Positions 37,967 to 47,368 of a stretch of 64,000 bases of DNA are shown here, piece by piece. Origin of the DNA: Chitinophagaceae bacterium (GTDB lineage: Bacteria > Bacteroidota > Bacteroidia > Chitinophagales > REEL01); NCBI GenBank assembly GCA_007695095.1, contig REEL01000148.1, forward strand, positions 218 through 64,217, written 5' to 3'. The notes beneath the pieces are model-generated. The model did not search any database and had not been told where the DNA came from. It saw only the letters and a list, made by a program, of their open reading frames with translations. Positions within the stretch are counted from its first letter, which is position 1, and every line of letters begins with the position of its first letter. Made by a program: the position numbers and the translations under genes.

Positions 37967-39016
37967 CTAAGATTCCTTTTCATAATAAATCTTATAGAAC
38001 TTTCTACCATTTTCATCTTCTCCCTGTTCAATCATATTTCGATTTCCATGGATGTAAATATGAAAGTTCTTATCAAGCTTCAATATGCTTTTAAAAATTC
38101 TGGATTGCTTTTTAACTGTTGATGGGGATATTTCAAAGTTATTGTAGAGATTAACCCCTTTTTCATCCTGATATTGGTCTTTAAAACTATTAAAACGTTC
38201 TATCACTTCTCCCTGTTCCATTACACTTTCCGCATAAGTATTGAAATCCAGACTCTCATTTTCCTTTAAATAATTAGCGGACTTACTTAATAAATCCATT
38301 TGATCCGGTTTGGAAACTTCAAATTTATCCGGTAAATCCAGAGTAATAAAATCCTTGCATAAATTCATAAAATTCCTCGTTGTATAATGATTGTCTTCAT
38401 TTTCCTTAACCTGAAGAAATTCATCCATCCAATATTTTGCCTCTGACCTTTTATTAGTGTTATCCACTACTGACAGTATGTAACCATTTTCCTCATTCGT
38501 TTTATAAATCAAACAGCCTTTATCTAATCTGGATATGTCTATCCCCTTTTCATGCGCCAAATCTATTTTATTATTGTTTTGCAATACTTTTAAAAAACTA
38601 TGCCTTGACTCTGATTTAAAAAGTCCGATTGCATCAACCTCCTCTTCATTCACCTGACATTTTTTGAAATAACCCACATAAAGTTCACCGGATTTTACAT
38701 TGGGGTGCACAGAACGTTCATAAAGTAGTTTGGCTAAGTTAGCCGAATGTTCCAACAATGAATCAGGATTTTTAAAAATTTCTTTGCTGTAATAAAAAAC
38801 TTCATTTAACGCGATATCCGTTTCATGATGAAAAGTAAAAAAAAGATCTTCCTTCATAGAAGAAAAAAAATACTTTGCAACTGCATCTTTCAATTCTAAA
38901 TCTCTGATATTTAATAACTCATCAGAGATTAACAAATCTTCTTCCCTATTTTTATTACCCACTTTATGGATAGCCAAAGCATCAATTTCAGCATCTGAAA
39001 GAAACAACATGTACAA
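37967..39016 (-). CDS. Nucleoid-associated protein (NdpA/YejK-like family)
   Basis: The N-terminus IDALAIHKVGNKNREEDLLISDELL and the roughly 350-aa size match the Bacteroidota NdpA-like family as I remember it. Not checked by search. Confidence 0.6.
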   Translation of the reverse strand: MYMLFLSDAEIDALAIHKVGNKNREEDLLISDELLNIRDLELKDAVAKYFFSSMKEDLFFTFHHETDIALNEVFYYSKEIFKNPDSLLEHSANLAKLLYERSVHPNVKSGELYVGYFKKCQVNEEEVDAIGLFKSESRHSFLKVLQNNNKIDLAHEKGIDISRLDKGCLIYKTNEENGYILSVVDNTNKRSEAKYWMDEFLQVKENEDNHYTTRNFMNLCKDFITLDLPDKFEVSKPDQMDLLSKSANYLKENESLDFNTYAESVMEQGEVIERFNSFKDQYQDEKGVNLYNNFEISPSTVKKQSRIFKSILKLDKNFHIYIHGNRNMIEQGEDENGRKFYKIYYEKES

Positions 39017-39064
39017 TTATTTTAGATTAAAAACCGAAGTTAAAAAATCCCGGCCGAAACTCTA

Positions 39065-39985
39065 TCAAAATAAATAAGTAAAAGCTGCATGCAGATTAAT
39101 AGTATTGGAAAGTCTGTTCGGATCATTTTTCTGATACAAAGGATATTTCAAGCCGATACTGACGCCTTTATTCAAATAATAAACACTTCCGGATATGCCG
39201 GCATTCAGCAGGTAAAAACCATTATCATTTTCATAAACATATTCATCCATATAATCCTTACCAAAAACATTTAATAAAAATCCGACTTCAGGTGTAAAAA
39301 CTAAGTCATTTCTAAAAAACTGATGAAAAAAGACATTTTTTAATGAAAAAGAATTGCCGGGTTTAAAATACATACTGTTTTTACTAAAAAATCTATATTG
39401 AAGTGATGCAAGCATACCGGCATTATTGTGTTTTAGCATATAGTCCGTATGAAAACCAAATCCCCAACTGCCATAACCGGCCTGCATTCTGGGTTCAGCA
39501 TAACCTTCTGAATTCAACTGAGTATGACTGCCAAAAGGAAACTGTATTCCTGCACCTAAAATAAGTTCATGTGTAAGCGTGTTAATTTGATCTTCTCTTT
39601 CAATAAAATTATTAAAAGTAAAAACATATTTACCATACAAATAAGGATCTGAAAATCCATAAATTATATCTCTGCCATGATATAAGCTTTCATGGACTAT
39701 GGTTGAATAGGGAATCTCTATACCTACTAATAAATTAGGTAAAACATAATAACCTGAATGTAAATTCATGTTCACCCTTTGTTCATTGTGCTCAGCTAAA
39801 TTATCAGAAGCAGTCTTAAACTTACTGTACAAAACATTCATCGATAGAAAATTGGTATTTGACTCCGGCAATATTCCATTTACAGAAGAAACCGGTCTGC
39901 AACCACAAGGCCCACATGCTGACACCTTATTATCGGACAAAAGAATCCATAGGAATACTATACAAAAAAAGTATTTTTTATACAT
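39065..39985 (-). CDS. Outer-membrane beta-barrel protein with an N-terminal CGPCGC motif
   Basis: Signal peptide MYKKYFFCIVFLWILLSDNKVSA followed by CGPCGCRP. It has beta-strand periodicity and the terminal residues AAFTYLF. Confidence 0.65.
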   Translation of the reverse strand: MYKKYFFCIVFLWILLSDNKVSACGPCGCRPVSSVNGILPESNTNFLSMNVLYSKFKTASDNLAEHNEQRVNMNLHSGYYVLPNLLVGIEIPYSTIVHESLYHGRDIIYGFSDPYLYGKYVFTFNNFIEREDQINTLTHELILGAGIQFPFGSHTQLNSEGYAEPRMQAGYGSWGFGFHTDYMLKHNNAGMLASLQYRFFSKNSMYFKPGNSFSLKNVFFHQFFRNDLVFTPEVGFLLNVFGKDYMDEYVYENDNGFYLLNAGISGSVYYLNKGVSIGLKYPLYQKNDPNRLSNTINLHAAFTYLF

Positions 39986-40040
39986 TTTGTTAAAAATTAA
40001 AAAGAATTAAACTTTAAAATAAAAACTAAATAAGAATATT

Positions 40041-40082
40041 CCCGGCAGTCTAACTATTACACAGTAATAATAAACTGCCGGG
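40041..40082 (-). terminator. Hairpin downstream of the MbnP-like gene
   Basis: CCCGGCAGT (40041-40049) pairs with ACTGCCGGG (40074-40082). The 24-nt loop can pair further. An AT-rich tail follows on the minus strand, but there is no clean U-run. Confidence 0.4.
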
Positions 40083-40093
40083 ATTTAATTTTC

Positions 40094-40858
40094 TTAATGA
40101 GACCCGAAGATTTCCGGAATTCTGTCGGCAATTTTTTCTGCCAGCTCAGGATTATTCATTGTCATTGTAGAATTCTCTACCTGTAAGTCCAGATGCGATA
40201 ATAAATGTCTTAAATTCACATCAAGGTGAAGTGTTCTTGGGATAGATGTGTGCACTATAAAATTCTCATGCATATGCACCTGACGCAGTAAATTATCTGT
40301 ACCTAAATGGATGGTTAAACTCTCCATTTGAGATCCGTCTTTCGCTTCTGATACATCAACCTGCCCATCTATTCTAACAAATATATAACCTGTATTCCAG
40401 CTCCAATGCATGGAAGGCGAATGAAATCCTAAAGGGTGTCCTTCTTCATATTCTGACGGATCTTTTGCATCTGCTCCTTCATCAGTATTCTTATTTGCAG
40501 GAACACCTACTACAAAAGAATAACCGGAATAATTACCCGGCTCTACTTTCTGCCCTTTATAATTCATTTCATCATGAGTTACCAAAAGGTAGGTGTCATC
40601 CAAGATTACATCTTCACCACCTTCTCTGTGAAGGGTAAATTCAGATAAATAATAAGCTACATGATCAAAAACAATTTTTCTGTCGTCAATAAAATAGTCA
40701 TGATTGATTTTAAGCTCCTGATGTCCGAAATTAGTATGAATGTGAAAATTAACTTCTTGTAATTCATCTTTCTCGTCCTCATCCTTATCACATGCCGTTA
40801 AAATAAATAACAAAGGCATTAGCATAAAGACTATTTTTAATATATTTTTATAGTTCAT
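40094..40858 (-). CDS. MbnP-family-like lipoprotein (putative metal-binding)
   Basis: The start at 40858 gives MNYKNILKIVFMLMPLLFILTAC (lipobox). The motif HSPSMHWSWNTGYIFVRIDG resembles the W-x-W-x-x-GY-x-F signature I associate with MbnP-family proteins. This is from memory only. Confidence 0.5.
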   Translation of the reverse strand: MNYKNILKIVFMLMPLLFILTACDKDEDEKDELQEVNFHIHTNFGHQELKINHDYFIDDRKIVFDHVAYYLSEFTLHREGGEDVILDDTYLLVTHDEMNYKGQKVEPGNYSGYSFVVGVPANKNTDEGADAKDPSEYEEGHPLGFHSPSMHWSWNTGYIFVRIDGQVDVSEAKDGSQMESLTIHLGTDNLLRQVHMHENFIVHTSIPRTLHLDVNLRHLLSHLDLQVENSTMTMNNPELAEKIADRIPEIFGSH

Positions 40859-40964
40859 TTTTTTAGATTTTAAATGGATAAATTGCATACTCATTCGCTT
40901 TAGTCTGCAAATTAGTAATGCGCTGATTAATTGAAAAAATTTGAATAATGCTGTGAATACGCTT

Positions 40965-41339
40965 TTAGGAAATTTCTTTGGGTGGTGGGAGTTGAATACT
41001 TATGTTAACAGCATAATCCTTCTGAGAATAAACCGGAAGTAATACATCCAATTCAGTTGAATAAAATGTAAAGTTCTTAGTTACTTCACTAAAAAATAAA
41101 AAATTAATTTTAGGAGATTGCAATGATTCATCTGAGGTAGTTTTCTCAACCTGTTCTTTTAAATAACACAAACCATCGCATACAAAATCATCTTGTTGCT
41201 GATTTTTACATAAATTGACAATAATATATTCTTTATTTATTTCGTAAGCCGATCCTATTAATACAACATGGATATTGCCTGCCAAAAAAGACAGGAAAAT
41301 TATCGAGAGAGTAATATTTTTCCAAGTTGAAAGTCGCAT
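40965..41339 (-). CDS. Small membrane-anchored protein with a C-x14-C-x3-C motif
   Basis: N-terminal TM segment ITLSIIFLSFLAGNIHVV, then NKEYIIVNLCKNQQQDDFVCDGLCYLKEQ. Confidence 0.55.
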   Translation of the reverse strand: MRLSTWKNITLSIIFLSFLAGNIHVVLIGSAYEINKEYIIVNLCKNQQQDDFVCDGLCYLKEQVEKTTSDESLQSPKINFLFFSEVTKNFTFYSTELDVLLPVYSQKDYAVNISIQLPPPKEIS

Positions 41340-41355
41340 TTATTAAATACGTATT

Positions 41356-41784
41356 TTACTTAACGAAAACTACTTTAGAATTGCCATAATCTATAATTGC
41401 ATTAAATTGCTTAAGCAAATCACTGCCAATAATACCTTGAATTGTAGGTTGCTTAATCCTTTGATATGATTGGTTTACATGACTTAAATCTAAAACTGCT
41501 GTTCTCATATTTGGCAATGGCATATTTTGAAGAGAAAAATCTTCAATTTCAGCATATTGACTTTTAATATTAGACGCTCCTAAGCCACCTGTTATATCGT
41601 CGCTTGATTCTACAATTACTTCGGGCAGAAACTCCTCCAGAAAGCTTTTATCTAAAACTGTTTTTGAAGCGCCTGTGTCCAAAAGCAGCCTGACAGGTTT
41701 ATTTTGGATTACTCCTTCAAAAAAAAGATGATAACTTTCTTTTTCAAGCTCTGTAATGATTAGAGGGATTTCTATATTATTCAT
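41356..41784 (-). CDS. Retropepsin-like aspartic protease domain protein
   Basis: VRLLLDTGASKTVLD (D-T-G active site) and IQGIIGSDLLKQFNAIIDY (flap/dimer motif). It is 142 aa with no signal peptide. Confidence 0.75.
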   Translation of the reverse strand: MNNIEIPLIITELEKESYHLFFEGVIQNKPVRLLLDTGASKTVLDKSFLEEFLPEVIVESSDDITGGLGASNIKSQYAEIEDFSLQNMPLPNMRTAVLDLSHVNQSYQRIKQPTIQGIIGSDLLKQFNAIIDYGNSKVVFVK

Positions 41785-41789
41785 AAAAA

Positions 41790-41823
41790 TTAAAAAATAA
41801 GGTGAGTGCTATGCACACTCACC
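41790..41823 (-). terminator. Rho-independent terminator of mdh
   Basis: On the minus strand, GGTGAGTG-tgcatag-CACTCACC is followed by TTATTTTTTAATTTT. Confidence 0.75.
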
Positions 41824-41839
41824 ATTATTAACCTATAAT

Positions 41840-42778
41840 TTAGGATACAAGTTCCATTTTATCAAGTACGCTCATAACTTCCTTCACTGACTCTGCAGAG
41901 GCATTTAAAAGTTCCATTTCTTCATTGTTAAGCTTTAACTCTATAATCTCTTCAATTCCTTTTTTACCTAATTTAACCGGTACTCCCAGATAAATGTCAC
42001 TTAATCCATACTCACCTTGTAACCATGTGCAGCAAGGGAAAATTCTTTTTTCATCTTTCAATATTGCTTCAACCATCTGAGCCGCAGCCGCTCCGGGAGC
42101 ATACCATGCTGAAGTACCCATTAAATTTACAATTTCGCCTCCACCTTTTTTGGTTCTTTCGATGATTGCATTTAGCTTATCAGCATCAATTAACTCATCT
42201 ACAGGTATACCACTTACAGTTGTATATCTTGGAAGTGGTACCATAGTATCACCATGTCCGCCCATTAAAACTGCTTGTATATCTTTAGGAGAACAAGCTA
42301 ACTCATCAGCCAAAAAGGCTTTATAACGAGCCGTATCTAATATACCGGCCATTCCAAAAACTTTTTTAGAATCAATTTTGGCTGATAAATACGCACAATA
42401 TGTCATTACATCCAGTGGATTGGAAACAACAATTATTATAGTTTCAGGGCTATATTTAATGGCGTTTTCAGTAACAGTTTTTACAATATTTGCATTTGTA
42501 GAAATCAAATCATCACGACTCATACCCGGTTTCCTTGGTAAACCACTGGTTATGACAACAACGTCTGAATTTGCTGTCTTTTCATAATCATTTGTAACTC
42601 CTGTTAACTTGGTGCCATACATGTTAATAGGCGCTGTCTGCCACATATCTAATGACTTACCTTCAGCTACGCCTTCTTTAATATCTAATACAATTACTTC
42701 TTTAACATAGTCTCCTTGTGCAATTACGTTGGCGCAAGTGGATCCAACATTACCTGCTCCGATTACTGTAACTTTCAT
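41840..42778 (-). CDS. mdh: Malate dehydrogenase (LDH-like MDH)
   Basis: MKVTVIGAGNVGSTCA, ITSGLPRKPGMSRDDL and GGHGDTMVP. Confidence 0.93.
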   Translation of the reverse strand: MKVTVIGAGNVGSTCANVIAQGDYVKEVIVLDIKEGVAEGKSLDMWQTAPINMYGTKLTGVTNDYEKTANSDVVVITSGLPRKPGMSRDDLISTNANIVKTVTENAIKYSPETIIIVVSNPLDVMTYCAYLSAKIDSKKVFGMAGILDTARYKAFLADELACSPKDIQAVLMGGHGDTMVPLPRYTTVSGIPVDELIDADKLNAIIERTKKGGGEIVNLMGTSAWYAPGAAAAQMVEAILKDEKRIFPCCTWLQGEYGLSDIYLGVPVKLGKKGIEEIIELKLNNEEMELLNASAESVKEVMSVLDKMELVS

Positions 42779-42974
42779 AAAAATTTAATTTTTTATTATT
42801 TTATTTGATGTTTCGGGAACAAATTTAAGATAATTATTCGTTAAAAGAGATGATAAATCGATAATTGTAATTGAAAATATTAACTATTTTCAAGGAAAAA
42901 CTCAAGCTAAACCTAATCAGCTTTTACTTCTTTTAGTATATTCGCTTTTCTTTTTTTATGAATTTATACACACA

Positions 42975-44834
42975 ATGTACAAAATTTTATTTTTAACTTT
43001 CTCTCTCAGTATTTTATTTTTAACCGCAAAACCTTTTGAGCCATGTGCTACAGAGTTTCCAGAAGAAATGACAAAATGGCTAAAGGAGCATGTAAAAAAC
43101 AACACAAATCCTGTTTTCAGAAGAAGTGCTGAACCTTACTACATTCCTGTAAAAGTACATATAGTCGGTAACGATATAGGTGGAGGCTACTACCGAACCT
43201 CAAATTTGTTAAATGCTTTTTGTAATTTGAATCAGCAATTTGAGGAAACCGGTTTCCTTTTTTACATTTATGAGGATATAAATTACATTAACAACACCTC
43301 TTTGTATGAACACACCAGTTTTTGGGGACCTCATACTTTTGTGATTCAAAACAACATTGTATCTAATGTTGCAAATATGTTTTTTGTGAATAATCCCGCA
43401 GGTGCCTGTGGATATTATGCCGGTTCTATAGATTTTATTGCCATAAACAATAGTTGCGCAGGCTCCGGTAACTCAACCATAGCCCATGAGTTTGGGCATT
43501 ATTTTTCTCTTCCACATACCTTTTTCGGCTGGGAAGGTGGAAATACCCCCGGCAATCCGGAAAGAGTAGATGGTAGTAACTGTGCTACTTCAGCAGACTT
43601 CTTTTGTGACACACCGGCAGACTATATTGCGACAAGATGGAATTGTCCGTATACAGGAAGCCTTACAGATCCTACAGGAACACCTATAAATCCGGACGCA
43701 GCCAACTTTATGTCTTATTCATTTGATGCTTGTCAGGAATATTTTAGTAATGAACAGATGCATGCTATGAACACATACCTGCTCAATCAGCGTTCGAACT
43801 TACTCAATCATGCCCCACCCTCAATTGATTCACTTGAGAAAACAACTATTATTGAACCTGCTGACGGACAAACGAACTTATTTCCCAACTTCACTCAATT
43901 CAGATGGAACTCTGTCGAAGGAGCAACTCATTATCATGTGCTCATCAGCAGATATATTAATCCGAATATCTCGAACATAGACACAGTAATAACTGATACT
44001 ACTTTCATTGTTACAAATCTTGACCCTAATATTAATACTTACAGATGGAGTGTAAGGCCATATAATAGTGCATATACTTGTACACCACCAACAGATGTAA
44101 GTTTCTTTTCAACCGGGAATATTTCAGTATTACAACCTGAAGTTACTGTTAACAAACCCTCTTGTTTTGATAATACTGACGGGTCTATTGTCTTAAATAT
44201 TAACGGTGGGACACCACCATACACCTATAACTGGAGTAATAATTCAACCGGACCCACTGCATCTAATGTTAGTGCCGGAACTTATTCTGTAACTATCAGT
44301 GATGTTCAGGGAAATGATATAAACTTTAATGTTGATGTTTCTCAACCTCAGCCGGTAGAAATAGACTTTGTACAACAAGGAAATCAGCTAAACTTAAGCG
44401 TTAGCGGAGGTACTCCACCATATAGCTACAACTGGAATACCGGTAGTTCTGATTCATTTGTCGGAAATATTGAACCCGGCTTTAATTATCAGGTTGAAGT
44501 AACAGATTCAAGGGGATGTACCGGTTTTAATTCAACGGTCATTTCAAGTTTGCAAGAAACGAATAAACTTGAAAATAACATCAAAATTTATCCTAACCCT
44601 TTGTTTAACAACACTGATTTAACTGTAAAAATTAATTCTGAATCCTCAGGTGAATTATTGGTTACTGTTTTTGATAACTTAGGCAGAACAATTTATAACA
44701 ATATGGAGTTTGTTCAAAACGGGATGCAACATATTCAAATTCCTTTTACCAAACTTTCCGTTTCAAATGGTTTGTATCTGATTCGTTTTCATAAAGATGG
44801 GAACGAAGTTACCCGAAAAGTACAGATTTTATAA
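42975..44834 (+). CDS. M43 (pappalysin/cytophagalysin-like) zinc metalloprotease with SprB-type repeats and a T9SS CTD
   Basis: HEFGHYFSLPHTF zinc motif. Two repeats of the type CFDNTDGSIVLNINGGTPPYTYNW and GGTPPYSYNW...VTDSRGC. The C-terminus is IKIYPNPLFNN...VTVFDNLGRTI...NGLYLIRF. Confidence 0.85.
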   Translation: MYKILFLTFSLSILFLTAKPFEPCATEFPEEMTKWLKEHVKNNTNPVFRRSAEPYYIPVKVHIVGNDIGGGYYRTSNLLNAFCNLNQQFEETGFLFYIYEDINYINNTSLYEHTSFWGPHTFVIQNNIVSNVANMFFVNNPAGACGYYAGSIDFIAINNSCAGSGNSTIAHEFGHYFSLPHTFFGWEGGNTPGNPERVDGSNCATSADFFCDTPADYIATRWNCPYTGSLTDPTGTPINPDAANFMSYSFDACQEYFSNEQMHAMNTYLLNQRSNLLNHAPPSIDSLEKTTIIEPADGQTNLFPNFTQFRWNSVEGATHYHVLISRYINPNISNIDTVITDTTFIVTNLDPNINTYRWSVRPYNSAYTCTPPTDVSFFSTGNISVLQPEVTVNKPSCFDNTDGSIVLNINGGTPPYTYNWSNNSTGPTASNVSAGTYSVTISDVQGNDINFNVDVSQPQPVEIDFVQQGNQLNLSVSGGTPPYSYNWNTGSSDSFVGNIEPGFNYQVEVTDSRGCTGFNSTVISSLQETNKLENNIKIYPNPLFNNTDLTVKINSESSGELLVTVFDNLGRTIYNNMEFVQNGMQHIQIPFTKLSVSNGLYLIRFHKDGNEVTRKVQIL

Positions 44835-46163
44835 ACTGACTAAAACATCAGAAACTGTAAAGATACTGCCGGTAACAAAGATACAATCATTGTTACCGGC
44901 TTTATTTACAGCTGACAAATAAGCTTCATTTACCGTTGAGTGAATTGAAAATTCTCTTTTAGAATCAACAAAAAATCCGGCTAAAACATTTACATCCATT
45001 CCTCTTATTACGGAAGGCTTAGAAATATAATATGCAGCATTTATCGGCAAGTACTTTAGAAATTTTTCGGGATTTTTATCACTTACAAACCCTATGATAA
45101 TGTGTAAATTCTCATATTTAATAGCTTTTATATCATTGATGACAGACTTAATTGCTTCTTCATTATGAGCTCCATCTAAAACAATAGTTGGGTTTTGAGC
45201 TATAAAGTGTAGTCTTCCCCACATGGATGTCAATTCTCTGGTATTCTCCAGTCCATTTTTAATGCTGCTAACATCTAAATTAAACTTATTTTTCAGAATT
45301 TTGATAGCAGTTAAAACCGTATGAATATTTTCTTGCTGAAAAGCTCCCTTTAAAGATGGATTTACCTCATCTATCAAAAAGTCTTCGCCTAAATCATAAT
45401 CAAAGGTACCATTAGAAGAACTTTTTATCTGATGCGATTGAACTGTTTGATAAACCGGAGCATTCCTAGACAGTGCAATATTTTTAATAACCTGTAACGC
45501 ACTGTCATTCATTGCACCACAAACTACAGCTGTATTTTCTTTTATAATGCCTGCTTTTTCAGCTGCAATCAGTTCAAGTGTATCACCTAAAAAGGCTGTG
45601 TGATCCAAACCGATATTTGTAATAATTGTTAATTCGGGTAAAATTACGTTAGTAGAGTCAAGCCTTCCTCCCATTCCGGTTTCAATTATATTGATATCAG
45701 TTTGTTCATTTCTGAAATAATCAAAAGCCATTGCGACAGTAAGTTCAAAAAAAGAAGGCTGCATTTCCTTTACCTGACTTCTAACTTTATCTAAAAAAGT
45801 ATTTACAAAACTTTTGGAGACCATCTCCCCATTTACTTTTATTCTTTCCCTGAACTCTGTATAATGCGGACTGGTGTATAATCCTGTTTTGTAACCGGCT
45901 GATTGAAAAATAGCTGCCAGCATATGCGCTACAGAACCTTTACCATTTGTACCGGCTATATGTATAGTCTTAATCTTCTTTTGAGGATTATCAAGGATTT
46001 CGCAGAGGCTATAAGTATTATCTAAATTAGCTTTAAAAGCGACTTTCCCAACATTTTGAAACATGGGAAGCTGGTTATATAAAAAATCCAGATTTTGCTT
46101 ATATAAGCTTTCGATAGAATTAATTGAGTCGGAAGTCAATTCTAAGGGTTCCTCTTTGTTCAT
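44829..46163 (-). CDS. folC: Folylpolyglutamate synthase / dihydrofolate synthase
   Basis: HIAGTNGKGSVAHMLAAIF (P-loop), IIETGMGGRLDSTN and LDGAHNEEA. The start is uncertain. ATG 46163 (MNKEE...) overlaps the tonB 3' end by 44 nt, and the ORF runs up to 46211. Confidence 0.88.
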   Translation of the reverse strand: MNKEEPLELTSDSINSIESLYKQNLDFLYNQLPMFQNVGKVAFKANLDNTYSLCEILDNPQKKIKTIHIAGTNGKGSVAHMLAAIFQSAGYKTGLYTSPHYTEFRERIKVNGEMVSKSFVNTFLDKVRSQVKEMQPSFFELTVAMAFDYFRNEQTDINIIETGMGGRLDSTNVILPELTIITNIGLDHTAFLGDTLELIAAEKAGIIKENTAVVCGAMNDSALQVIKNIALSRNAPVYQTVQSHQIKSSSNGTFDYDLGEDFLIDEVNPSLKGAFQQENIHTVLTAIKILKNKFNLDVSSIKNGLENTRELTSMWGRLHFIAQNPTIVLDGAHNEEAIKSVINDIKAIKYENLHIIIGFVSDKNPEKFLKYLPINAAYYISKPSVIRGMDVNVLAGFFVDSKREFSIHSTVNEAYLSAVNKAGNNDCIFVTGSIFTVSDVLVSL

Positions 46164-46953
46164 CCGGTGCATTTGGATCGGGGTTAAAAGTAACTTGATA
46201 TGCAGCATCAATAGCCAGTCTGATTAACTGTGGATTGGTTGTGGTAGTTCCTCTCTGCGAGCGAGTTGCACTAATTACTTTACCTTGCCTGTCAACTACT
46301 ATATTTATAGTTACCTGCCCACCTTCCCTGGAACGAGCTGTTAAATTGGGTGTTTCGCCAAGCGATCTGTTACCTAAGCTATAAGAAAAGCCATCTCCAC
46401 CATCTATAAACTGTATTCCCTGATCACCACTTCCTCTGTCAGCTTGAGCATCGGCTCTGTCTCCACCTTCACGTGGATTTTGACCATTAGGGTCTGTAGC
46501 ATCCGGGCTTCCCCAATTTAAACGAGTGGGGTCAAATGCTAATTCAGGATCCGGCTCAGGCTCAGGAGTAGTTTCTACAACTTCTTCTTCTTCAGGAGTT
46601 TCTTCTTCATCAGGCTGCATAGCTATTGTTTCAGTATGATCCTGAGTAGCAACTTCTGTTTCTACAGGTTGCACAGCTTCCGTTTGACTTTCTGTGGCTT
46701 CCGGCTGTGCATCATCTACTGTTTCCTGAGGTGGTCTTTCACCCTGACGTTCAGGTGGTGCCTCAGAAGCACTTTCAGGCATACTCCCGAAATTTATATA
46801 AACTCCTTCTTCCGGTGGCGGCGGATATGGATAATTCCATCCTGCAAATAGTAAAACTATAAACAAAAAAGCATGAAACAGCACTGTAGATACCAAACCT
46901 CTTTTGCGGTTTTTATCTTCAATCAGCTGCCAGTTTTTGTTTTCTTTTATCAT
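46120..46953 (-). CDS. tonB: TonB-family energy transducer
   Basis: N-terminal anchor LVSTVLFHAFLFIVLLFAGW, a long Pro/Glu-rich linker (PEEEEVVETTPEPEPDPE), and a C-terminal TonB-like domain (VTINIVVDRQGKVISA...). It follows exbB and exbD. Confidence 0.85.
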   Translation of the reverse strand: MIKENKNWQLIEDKNRKRGLVSTVLFHAFLFIVLLFAGWNYPYPPPPEEGVYINFGSMPESASEAPPERQGERPPQETVDDAQPEATESQTEAVQPVETEVATQDHTETIAMQPDEEETPEEEEVVETTPEPEPDPELAFDPTRLNWGSPDATDPNGQNPREGGDRADAQADRGSGDQGIQFIDGGDGFSYSLGNRSLGETPNLTARSREGGQVTINIVVDRQGKVISATRSQRGTTTTNPQLIRLAIDAAYQVTFNPDPNAPDEQRGTLRIDFRLN

Positions 46954-46972
46954 AATATCAGCTTAAACTCTA

Positions 46973-47365
46973 TTAGTTAGGTTGTGTAGCCAAAATCATA
47001 TCAACTTTGAGTTTATTCGCTATATCCATAACTTTTACTACATATTCTATTGGTACGCTTTTTTCTGCATTTAAAACAACTGTAGGCTCTTCAATGCCTC
47101 TTAGCTCATTTAATAACTCTTCTTCCAGATTATCTGCCATAATTTGACGGGTTCCTATATAATAATCGATATTTTCAGTTATAGAAACAGAAACTGTAGT
47201 TTTAGCCATAGTCTGGCTTTTAGAGCTGGGCAAAAGCAGCTTTAACGCATTGGGACTTACAAGAGTGGATGTAAGCATAAAGAAAATCAACAATAAAAAT
47301 ATGATGTCCGTCAAAGACGACATATTGAAAGTTGCATTAGCTCTATTTCTACTTTTAAGTGCCAT
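46973..47365 (-). CDS. exbD: ExbD/TolR biopolymer transport protein
   Basis: 130 aa with FNMSSLTDIIFLLLIFFMLTS, then a periplasmic domain. Confidence 0.88.
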   Translation of the reverse strand: MALKSRNRANATFNMSSLTDIIFLLLIFFMLTSTLVSPNALKLLLPSSKSQTMAKTTVSVSITENIDYYIGTRQIMADNLEEELLNELRGIEEPTVVLNAEKSVPIEYVVKVMDIANKLKVDMILATQPN

Positions 47366-47368
47366 ATA

